From positions 1-21,407 of the forward strand of contig NW_021823730.1 in assembly GCF_006345805.1 (NCBI RefSeq): 21,407 nucleotides of DNA, read 5' to 3'. Numbering within the stretch: position 1 is the stretch's first letter; every line of letters starts with the position of its first letter. The notes under the pieces were generated by a model. The model saw only the letters and a list, made by a program, of their open reading frames with translations, ran no database searches and was not told the origin of the DNA. Source of the DNA: Octopus sinensis. Taxonomy: Eukaryota. The position numbers were made by a program, and so were the translations under genes. Positions 10,601-19,750 of the stretch are shown here, piece by piece.

Positions 10601-10657
<57 letters not shown>

Positions 10658-10826
10658 TAATAATAATAACAGCAACAACATCGAAAAATGCCTTAGGAAT
10701 GAGAACCCAGGTTCGAAATTTCCCTAAGACACCTGATGAAGGCTGAAGGGTATATCAGCCGAAACGTTGTGTCAACAACAAACAAGATGAGGACAAATAT
10801 CCGTCAAATGTAAATAATGTAAATAA
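10524..10826 (+). mobile_element. tRNA-headed SINE-like element with internal (AAT)n and a Penelope-like, hammerhead-containing tail
   Basis: A-box TGGCGTAGTGG (10537-10547), B-box-like GAGTTCGTTTCC (10580-10591), (AAT)n at about 10605-10670, tail with hammerhead core and terminal aaatgtaaat tandem repeats. Confidence 0.8.
10728..10773 (+). ncRNA. Minimal type I hammerhead ribozyme motif (Penelope-like-element type)
   Basis: GACAC (10728-32) CUGAUGA (10733-39) A GGCUG-loop-CAGCC (10741-60) GAAACGUU (10761-68) GUGUC (10769-73). Perfect 5-bp stems I and II, palindromic ACGU in place of stem III, predicted cleavage after U10768. Confidence 0.7.
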
Positions 10827-10849
10827 TTAACATAAGTACTTAAAAAAGT

Positions 10850-11152
10850 GGGGGCACATGGCCGAGTGGTCAGAGCAATGGATTCGCGGTCGAGGGATCA
10901 CGGGTTCGAATCTTAGACCGGACAATGCATGTGTCTATGAGCGAAACACCTAAGGTCCATGTGGCTCGGCAGAAAGTAATGGCAAACTTCTGCTGGCTTT
11001 TTCGGCACAACTTTCTCTCACTCTTTCCTCCTGCATCTCGCAGCTCACCTGCGACGGACCGACGTCCCGTCAAGGTGGGGAACCTATACGCCAATAAACC
11101 GGGAAACCAGCCCTTATGAGCCAGGTATGCCTCGAGAAAGAACAAACAACAC
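10850..11152 (+). mobile_element. tRNA-derived SINE, family C, near full length
   Basis: A-box TGGCCGAGTGG, B-box GGTTCGAATC, central gcgacggaccgacgtcccgtc motif, AAC-rich tail. Confidence 0.85.
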
Positions 11153-11508
11153 TTCAATAAAAAGAGAACAAAAAGCAAAACAAAAATACCTACCTTTATT
11201 GCAGGACATATATTTATACTTACTTTTGAAAACATAATTATGTACTGAAACAGCTGTAAGCATTTTTGTGTGTGTTTATTTTATGTGCGCGCACGCGTGC
11301 GTGTCTATCTAGCTATCTCCTTAATGCAGAATTCTTTCATATTTAAAGCTCAATAACGTTACGTTTAAAAGTTACACGTCTCTGATGATTTGACAAAGTT
11401 TTCTTCTGTAATCTATATATTGTAACCAATAATCACTTTATGATAATGAACCTTCGTAAGGCATTGTAACCATAAATACTTATAAATAGTTTTATGCTTA
11501 GTTTCATT

Positions 11509-11551
<43 letters not shown>

Positions 11552-11566
11552 TAGATAGATAGATAA

Positions 11567-11609
<43 letters not shown>

Positions 11610-11699
11610 GATAGAAAGATAGATAGATATATAGATAGATAGATATAGATAGATAGATAAATAGATAGATAAATAGATAGATAGATAGATAAATAGATT

Positions 11700-11732
<33 letters not shown>

Positions 11733-11739
11733 ATAGATT

Positions 11740-11770
<31 letters not shown>
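11509..11770. repeat. (GATA)n microsatellite
   Basis: About 260-bp run; explains ORFs 11413..11880 and 11433..11822. Confidence 0.97.
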
Positions 11771-11772
<2 letters not shown>

Positions 11773-12711
11773 CTTTCTTTTATTAGCACACACATGGCTG
11801 AATACAGAGGGGACAAATACAAATGCAGAGCTTTTCTTTTCGAGGGTGGAAAAAAAAAAAAAATGTAAGATTGCGATCAAAAGGGATCGAGAGGAGAAAA
11901 AAAAAGGCGGGGAAAAAAAAATCGTGTATCACAGAGATAATGATGTAAACATTGATATAACAAGATTGGGTTCATCCGTGGGAAGAAAAGCCTACAGAAA
12001 GACCACGGGAACCCCAGTCAGGGAGGAAATAAACACATGAGGTCAAAAATGCTCTCTTTCTTTCTTTTTACGATCTACAGGATCATGCTCAAAATGGTTT
12101 CGTTACTAGCACGCACCATCTTTGCAACATTCACCCATCTTTTTTGAATCTTTCGCGAGACCAAAACTTCCCTCTCCATTCTCACCTTCCCTTTCAAGTG
12201 GTACTTGAAAAAGTTTGATGAGCGATTGGCCAGAGAGGTAAGTGTTTGTCTCTAATCCTTTCGCTCGAGTCCACCACACACATTCTTTCACCATGGCCAC
12301 CAGTACGATGAAAACTGCCTTGCCTTCCCGGTTGAGGGAAGGGGCGGAGCAATTCTCACGACAGACTCGGCCGATAGGCGGATTCGTCCCACACGTGACA
12401 GCAGCCGTTCGGCATAAGCCCACAGGTCGGAAATGGTTGGACATTGCACGAGTGCGTGCAGAACGGTTTCGTCGCTCTGACGCATCTCGGGCAAGTCGGT
12501 CCAGTGTGTTCTGGAACCGTGTCTGTAGAGCTTATCCCGAACAGGAATGCTTCTCGATAGCACTGCCAGGCCGGATCTTTGGTGATTGTTATAGGTCCCG
12601 GCCCGAAGTTGTCCTGAACAGGCGGGTCAGGTGTTCCTCGTCGACGCCCAGACTCTGCCCGAGTTCGTCGTCGCACCTCCCCTCCACTAATCCTCTATAG
12701 AATGCCTTTGT

Positions 12712-12713
<2 letters not shown>
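11773..12713 (-). mobile_element. 5'-truncated Tx1-like (L1 group) non-LTR retrotransposon: ORF2 C-terminus plus 3' UTR
   Basis: Frameshifted minus translation: TKAFYRGLVEG..AWQCYREA..VRDKLYRHGS..GPTCPRC..SDETVLHALVQCP..LWAYAERLL..VKECVWWTR..KYHLKGKVRMEREVL..KRWVNVAKM..MIL* (stop 12077-12075), a zf-RVT-type CxxC..ET..H..C motif. T-rich UTR with AATAAA at 11784-11779. Confidence 0.8.

Positions 12714-12746
<33 letters not shown>
12712..12746. repeat. (GATA)n microsatellite at the Tx1-like 5' junction
   Basis: Perfect run in the same orientation as 11509-11770. Confidence 0.97.
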
Positions 12747-12838
12747 TTAACAAAGGAATACACGATTGTAATGAACATCTAGCTTACAATTGTCTCCTCT
12801 ATAAGATGGGGTGGACTCATAGTTGCTTATGAATGTAT

Positions 12839-12871
<33 letters not shown>

Positions 12872-12989
12872 TATACATATATGCACATACTACATACACA
12901 TACATATATATACACATCCATATATATGTATACACAATACATACATTATTATATATATATATATATCTATATATATATATTATTATTAG

Positions 12990-13203
12990 TGGATGCGCGT
13001 GGCTTCGTGGTTAGAGTGTCAGCATCACGATCGTGAGATTGTGGTTTCGATTCCTGAACCGGGCGATGCGTTGTGTTCTTGAGCAAAAGAACCAGTCCAC
13101 TCAGCTGGCAAAAATGAGTAACGCTGCGATGGACTGGTGTCCCGTTCATAAAAACCAGGAAACCTGGCCCATGGGCCTGGCTAGGCTTTAAAAGGGCGCA
13201 TAT
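12990..13203 (+). mobile_element. tRNA-derived SINE, family D (related to C), internally deleted
   Basis: A-box-like TGGCTTCGTGG, B-box-like GGTTTCGATTCC, central ctgcgatggactggtgtcccgt motif shared with family C. Confidence 0.75.
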
Positions 13204-13763
13204 ATTATTAAAACTCTGTGATAGCTACCTAATTTAATACAGCTAACCCGGCATATAATGGGAAAATACTATGTAAGTAAGGTACCCCTCGAATGTGAAT
13301 ACAAACGGAATAAAACAAGTTTTGTGTAAATCGGACCACGGATTCCCGAGATACGCAGTTTTGGTGGGGTAACCTTCATAAATAACCAAAACGGTGCACA
13401 GTGGGAAAACACTCCGAAAGTAACATAACCTAGAAATGGGAATATATAATACTGTGAAAACTGTTTCCGTTAATTTCATGTTTACGTTATATAACAATTT
13501 CTTTTACATTTTTGTAGAAGTGTGCACATAAGCTATAAATGAATGTTCAAGTTTATCCGGAAGTTCTGTTTCTATTAGATGCTGTAAATAATCAATAAAA
13601 CTTTGAAAATGAACTTGTAAACCAGACCTATAATGACACGAACGATTTGAAATATTTAATTGAATCGCCATAAGAATAACTTTCATTTCAGTGTAATGTT
13701 GGAATCAGGTTCAATGTTTTATAACCTGAACCGTCATGACCCAATGGGTCACGGGTAGTCTAG
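13200..13763 (+). mobile_element. Non-autonomous Helitron-like element
   Basis: 3' hairpin tgaccc-aat-gggtca (13737-13751), then CTAG (13760-13763) followed by T. 5' end is approximate (tatattattaaaac). Segment 13239-13322 recurs at 17971-18053. Confidence 0.65.
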
Positions 13764-14107
13764 TCTAATATACATATATATATATATACATATATATATA
13801 AAATCAAAATGAGCAACAAGGATATCCAAGGTAGTGTAGTACAATCGTTTCATGCTACTTCATTTTATTAAACAATGTAAGTATTACATCAGTTTTAATG
13901 TAAGCAATCTTCAGCTACGAATGTTTTAATTAAATGGACAATGTACATTTTTATAATTATTCCATTTGCCACCATTACAAAGAGGGTAGATATATAGACA
14001 GAGAGGTTAATTTATCATTACGAACGTGATAGCAGGATGACCTTCTCCATCTGTAGATTTTTTATCACTGAGTTCACTTTGTTATTTAGATCTATATATA
14101 TGTCTAT

Positions 14108-14172
14108 ACACACACACACACACACCACACACACAACACCACCACACACACACACCACACACACACACACAC

Positions 14173-14205
<33 letters not shown>
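14108..14205. repeat. (CA)n/(TA)n microsatellite
   Basis: Direct runs. Confidence 0.95.
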
Positions 14206-14208
<3 letters not shown>

Positions 14209-14220
14209 CTTATATAAGTT

Positions 14221-14298
14221 TGTGGACAGTGACTTCAAAATTTCGGCTAGCTAAGCCATCGTGAGATGATGGCCGAAACTTCGAAGTCATTGTCAACA
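14221..14298. repeat. 78-bp imperfect palindrome (about 33-bp stem, 3-nt loop, 9-nt bulge)
   Basis: tgtggacagtgacttcaaaatttcgg[ctagctaag]ccatcgt-gag-atgatggccgaaacttcgaagtcattgtcaaca; arms differ mostly by transitions. Confidence 0.8.
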
Positions 14299-14404
14299 GC
14301 ATTTTTTTAAATAAGAATAATAGATTTGTACTCTACGAAGTTTGGAGTAACCAATACGATAATGTGAAATTGGTTTTTATTACAACTGAACATAAAACAG
14401 ACAT

Positions 14405-14423
14405 GTATCTGTATGTATGCATG

Positions 14424-14455
<32 letters not shown>

Positions 14456-14639
14456 TGTATGAGTCTGTATGTATGTATGTATGTATGTATGTATGTGTGT
14501 GTGTGTGTGTATGTATATGTATGCATTATGTATGTATGTATGTATGTATGTATGTATGTATGTATGTATGTATGTATGTATGTGTGTGTGTGTGTTGTGT
14601 GTGTATGTATGTATGTATGCATGTATGTTTGTATGTATG

Positions 14640-14673
<34 letters not shown>

Positions 14674-14834
14674 TGTATGTTTGTTGATGTATGTTATGTA
14701 TGTATGTTATGTATGTAGTGATGTATGTATGTATGTATGTATGTATGTATGTATGTATGTGTGTTGTGTGTGTATGTATGTATGTATGCATGTATATTGT
14801 ATGTAATGTATGTATGTATGTATGTATGTATGTA

Positions 14835-14868
<34 letters not shown>

Positions 14869-15122
14869 CATGTATATGTATGTATGTATGTATGTATGTG
14901 TGTGTGTATGTATGTATGTATGTAGGTATGCATGTATGTATGTATGTATGTATGTATGTATGTATGTATGTGTGTGTGTGTGTGTGTGTATGTATGTAGG
15001 TATGCATGTATGTATGTATGTATGTATGTTTGTATGTATGTATGTATGTATTTAATTATGTATGTATGTATGTATGTATATATGTATGTGTATATGTATG
15101 TATGTGTATATGTATGTATGTG

Positions 15123-15154
<32 letters not shown>

Positions 15155-15690
15155 TGTATGTATGTATGTATGTATGTATGTATGTATGTATATATGTATG
15201 TATATATGTATGTATGCATGCATGCATTATGTATGTATGTATTTATTTATGCATGTATGTATGTATGTATGTATGTATGTACGTATGTATGTATGTATGT
15301 ATGTATGTATGTATGTATGTATGTATGTATGTGTGTATGTATGTATGTATGTATGTATGTATGTATGTATGTATGTATGTATATATGTATGTATATATGT
15401 ATGTATGCATGCATGCATTTTGTATGTATGTATTTATTTATGCATGTATGTATGTATGTATGTATGTATGTATGTATGTATGTATGTGTGTATGTGTGTG
15501 TGTATGTATGTATGTATGTATGTATGTATGTATGTATGCATACATGCATTATATATGTATGTACACATATGTGGGTATATGTGGAGGTGTACATATGTAT
15601 GCATCAATGTATGTGTATGCATGCATGTATATATATATATATATATTTATATATGCGTGTGCTTGTGTGTGTGTACATATACGCACGTAT
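14405..15690. repeat. About 1.3-kb (TGTA)n/(TG)n simple-repeat array
   Basis: Direct run; accounts for all the MYVC/HTYI ORFs at 14333-15719. Confidence 0.97.
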
Positions 15691-16174
15691 TAAATGTTGA
15701 GTGTTTCTTTGAGCTGTAGTATTCTCCATTTCTTACGAGTGGTAGTAACCTGTGTGTATGTATATATGTGTTTTTGTGTTTGCGGGTGTGTTTCAAGTTT
15801 AAACACAGTAAACGTAGATGTCTTATGAAAATGGTTTATCTCGTTAGGAAACACAACATTTGATACTCTTCAGGGTTTTTTTTCTTATTCTTCTTTATTT
15901 TTGATTTTGTATTTAAAAGTCAGCAACGCCATATTTTGTCTACATTATCTTCCAGATCACGAGTAGCAATCAAAATATTTAATTATTTATTTTAAACAAA
16001 TCATTAATTTAAAACTGAGAAAATAAAAGTAATTTGATTTGTTAACTCAAGCAAAGACAGTTTAAGTACAGTATTCAAGTACATTATTCAAGTACACTTG
16101 TATGACTCAGTATTGCATATACTGTTCTTTTATAAATTTTGTTTAAATTATTTATGCTAAATGCATATTCTTGT

Positions 16175-17332
16175 TAATGAGGTCGTAATTGCTAGAGTGC
16201 CATTACTAGGGTGTTCCGGTTCTGCTCGTGTATTGAGAGAGGAATTTTAGGGCATTTAATTCCTATTTGTTTCCTCCTTTTTAGATATCAGTTTTCTCTA
16301 ACCGTTTCTCAATTATATCTTGTGGCAATTTCAAAAGACATTTCCTGCTAACGTTTCATTCTTTGCATCGAAAACTGTATTCTGTTTAGTTACAGCATTT
16401 TCCTGTTTCGACAAGTAATCAAAGCCAACCGATTTTATTACATATAACATTTTTCAGAGTTCGTGCTGTGAATACATAATCTGCTCCCATTCACCACCTG
16501 TTCTCCGTGATCTGAACATTAGAGTATCATTAACCCAAAATGACCTTATCTTTAAACAGACCTTCACCTGAATGCACGTTGTAGCATCTGTTCGTAGTTT
16601 GTTTCTGCTTAATGCATGTGTTAAGCCTGTTGCTAGCAATAGCTTTCTGGCGTTTAATAACAGCAGGTAGGATAGATAATGTTACCTTTTTGCATTAAGA
16701 TGAGTCTACATAGATGCTAACAAGCATTTTTTCAATCATCGATAGCATTTGAATAAATCTCTAAGTATCGCCATTAAACCCTGTGTCATGAATTAAACCG
16801 CCATATTCCTTTCAAATATTCAGAACATTTTTCTCATGCAACCTGCGTACCATTGTTTGCCTGGTGTCGTGTATGTCTCGTTACTTGACTTTCTTTTTTG
16901 ACTGTTGTCTAAACCTAGTAAAACATGTTTAGACAACACAACAGAACGTTTAAACATTTACTTCATGCAGTTTATTGAGAATTAGTTCCGATCTCGGATA
17001 TATCTTTTCATTACATGGTACATTTTTTTGAGATTATTGTGTCGATATTTTGAAAGATCCCTGTCTTCTCTAACAAATTTTGAAAATAAAAGTTTTTCCT
17101 CTGCTAAATACTTTCAGAGATTTGGATACAATTCATGCAAATCTAAGAATTCAAAAGTATTTTCAAAGCTGCGTTTAAGACAATGTTTATCAAAACTTTC
17201 TAGTATTTCTTTAATGTAGCTTTTGAAGCTAATCAATTGTTTATCAATCTACCCGTATTCACATAATCCAGAGCATTTTACGCGAAAATTAATTTTGCGT
17301 TGATCTGAAAACAATTTGAGGTGTGCGGTCAT
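16175..17332 (-). pseudogene. Unidentified decayed reading frame belonging to a multi-copy element
   Basis: One frame runs from ATG 17332 to 16706 (209 codons, 8 stops by manual count) and continues after a frameshift (..VHSGEGLFKDKVILG..MGADYVFTARTLKNVI..LPQDIIEKRLEKT..GGNK.ELNALK). Its 3' part recurs inverted at 9515-10178. Confidence 0.5.
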
Positions 17333-17440
17333 GTTACCTATTTTTATATCATAATTCTGTTCACAGCTTCAAAGTATCATAGGAACCAAGCGCAAGCATG
17401 TATGCATGCGTATATTGATGCATGTGCGTAGATATATTAA

Positions 17441-17594
17441 TCTCTTTATTGCCCACACTGGGCTAAAGATAGAGGCAACAAACAAACGGATTAAGTCGAT
17501 TGTATCGACCCCAGTGCGTAACTGGTACTTATTTAATCGACCCTGAAAGGATGAAAGGCAAAGTCGACCTCGGCGGAATTTGAACTCAGAATGT
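17441..17594 (-). mobile_element. SINE family A internal fragment
   Basis: Near-identical to 2795-2950. Confidence 0.85.
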
Positions 17595-17704
17595 ATGTAT
17601 ATTTGTATGTATGTATATGTTTATAAGTATATAAACACACACACACACACACACATACACACATATATATATACACATAGATGTAATATATATATATATA
17701 TTAT

Positions 17705-17920
17705 ATTCCTTTCTACTCAAGGCACAAGGCCCGAAATTTTGGGGGAGAGGTCCAGTCGATTAGATTGATCTCAGTACGCAACTGGTACTTAATTTATCGA
17801 CCCCGAAAGGATGAAAGGCAAAGTTGACCTCCGCGGTATTTGAACTCAGAACGTAAAGACAGACGATGTACCGCTAAGCATTTCGTCCGGCATGCTAACG
17901 TTTCTGCCAGCTCGTCGCCT
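17705..17920 (-). mobile_element. tRNA-derived SINE, family A, complete monomer
   Basis: Head ggcgacgagctggcagaaacgttagc, B-box GAGTTCAAATACC, tail gccttgtgccttgagtagaaagg. Confidence 0.9.
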
Positions 17921-17967
17921 TATATATTATATTTTAAATGAACTTCATTCTTGCTTGCTTGCAATGT

Positions 17968-18053
17968 TAGACAGCCTTACTGGCAGATAATGGGTAAATA
18001 CCGTGAATTAAGGGTCTCCTGAAATGTGAATACAGACGGAATAAAACAAGTTT
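17968..18053 (+). mobile_element. Second, diverged copy of the 5' part of the Helitron-like element at 13200
   Basis: aatgtgaataca(a/g)acggaataaaacaagttt is shared with one mismatch (13292-13322 vs 18023-18053), with weaker similarity upstream. Confidence 0.7.
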
Positions 18054-18489
18054 AACCCGAAAGGGAAGAAACTCTAACCTGTTGATTAGACACATTATGA
18101 TGTGCAAAAGTCTTAGTGACTTGCCAACTATAAATTACGAGTTGCTTTTTTACAGTAAAAGTTTCTATTTTCGCTTTTGTTAAACACAATATTTTAATCC
18201 TTTAGAAATATTTTTAGTGAATGTGATTTCAAAAATGTTGTTTGTACAGTAAGTATTTATATTTTAGCTTTCTTTAAACAGACAGTTAGTTTAATCTTTT
18301 TAAAAATTATTTTCAGTGTGAATACCATACAAACATTATTTTTGACATATTTAAAAAAGAATATCCTCAGGTGAAAATGATTCAAAAAATTCTGTAAATA
18401 TTTCGTAAAAGACCCGTTCGTAACTTCAGTGTGAAATAATTTTTTTCCATGGAATTTTTTTTCGAATACATTAAACGTATCTCACCTCC

Positions 18490-18601
18490 AAAGATTTGGC
18501 TGCTATTTCTATCACGCCCTGCTACCAGCTATTCGCGATAAAGGACTCGAAATTGCTGTTACGTGGCGGCAGGGCGTGCAAGAAATAGCAGTCAAATCTT
18601 T
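18490..18601. repeat. 38-bp inverted repeat with 36-nt spacer (MITE-like hairpin)
   Basis: 18490-18527 vs reverse complement of 18564-18601: 33/38 identical. Confidence 0.85.
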
Positions 18602-18700
18602 TCTTTTCTGGGGAAAGGGACCGTTTACGCATGATTTCGATGTCGCATTCGTCGAAAGCATGCGAAATAACCTGAAGAAAAAACACGAAACAAAACTCCG

Positions 18701-18889
18701 TTGGTGGGAATCGACAATTCCTGTGAAGTGTTTTCGAATAATTGCATCTTAGCACCTCTCGATCAAATGATGAGATGCATCAATTCCACCTATATCAGAC
18801 GATTCCCTGGAATCATAAAAGAGTACCGATCCTATAATTCTGTGAGTGATGGTGCCAATGCCACTCATTTCGCGACAGAAGTAAACTGA
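18701..18889 (+). pseudogene. Helitron Pif1-like helicase fragment
   Basis: FSNNCILAPLDQMMRCINSTYIRRFPGIIKEYRSYNSVSDGANATHFATEV fits the Helitron pattern ILAP.N......IN......PG..K.Y.S.D.V.D...A..YPTE.LN. Confidence 0.65.
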
Positions 18890-18899
18890 TCACAATATT

Positions 18900-19750
18900 C
18901 TCGCTTGTTATAAACAATGGACGTTGGTCAGGACAACTGGTAGGGAAACAAGGAAAGATTGCCAAACCATTCAGGAATATGAATATTCACAGACTATCTT
19001 TCACTAGTGCTGACTGCTACAAATACTTTGGAATTGACAAGAATATTGTTCATTTTTGTGTTGTGAATAAAGGTGGAGAGACAAAAGAGCACACCAGAAA
19101 ATTCTTGGAAGTATGGAAATCAGAGCTGTCTGAGTTTAATAAAACCATATCTCACAATGCATTTTGTGTTTGGGACATTTGAAGAAATTGAAGAAATTCA
19201 CAACTTGGACTTCAAAATTGGGGAAATACTGACAATGACTGGTAACATTCACGTCAGTAGTGACACTGGCAGGATGTTTTATATAAAAATAAAAAAAACA
19301 AGGGAAGAGGTAGAGGTAAAGGCTTTTGGGTTCTGCATCGCGTCACTTAGACAACATCGACTAAACAATAAAAGCGAAAACTGGAAACATCACGTGTGTA
19401 ATTAACGGTGAAGGTTGTAACAAAATGGGACAAGACAAAGAATTCTTGAACAGTGTACAGCTCTTCGTCGTGAACCAAGTTTAGGTGGAGTGAACTACTT
19501 AAACAGGCTTAGAAGAGAACAACTCCTCATATCAGCAGAAAGTTATGCATGGGTACATAGCTCGAAAGTGAGTGAGTGCCTGCGACATTGACAGGAATGG
19601 TAGCCTCTCCAGGACCTTAGACTTAGAAGCTTATGCTTTGGCTCTCCAGAACAAGAAATAGCTACTAAATATTTTATCTGCAAGAGAGGTAAAGAAGCCT
19701 CTTAATCTCCATATTGCGAGAGAATGTGTCAATTGTACCATGTTAGAGTG
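18900..19750 (+). pseudogene. Unidentified decayed coding-like segment
   Basis: Overlapping open stretches in shifting frames (ORFs 18979..19182 and 19073..19405, plus the manual stretch RILEQCTALRREPSLGGVNYLNRLRREQLLISAESYAWVHSSKVSECLRH). Not low complexity; no motif recognised. Confidence 0.35.

Noticed and set aside
10531-10603. True tRNA gene (also considered at 10850-10920 and 12990-13060)
   Set aside because: A/B boxes are present, but I could not form an acceptor stem and there is no oligo-T terminator; each continues into a SINE body.
10673-10773. Type III hammerhead topology using upstream caacAUC as the cleavage site
   Set aside because: Stem I does not form after that site and C15.2 would be mismatched; the minimal type I fold has perfect stems.
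12242-12700. 152-aa plus-strand ORF
   Set aside because: Antisense to the GC-rich Tx1-like ORF2 remnant; no independent support.
14333-15719. Many long ORFs (MYVC.../HTYI...)
   Set aside because: Translations of the stop-free (TGTA)n array, not genes. The same applies to the poly-N/I/L/S/D ORFs over other microsatellites.
2600-17920. CRISPR-like or prokaryotic defence array from recurring ~30-bp motifs
   Set aside because: The recurring motifs are dispersed SINE internal segments without regular spacers; no cas-like ORFs and the context is eukaryotic.
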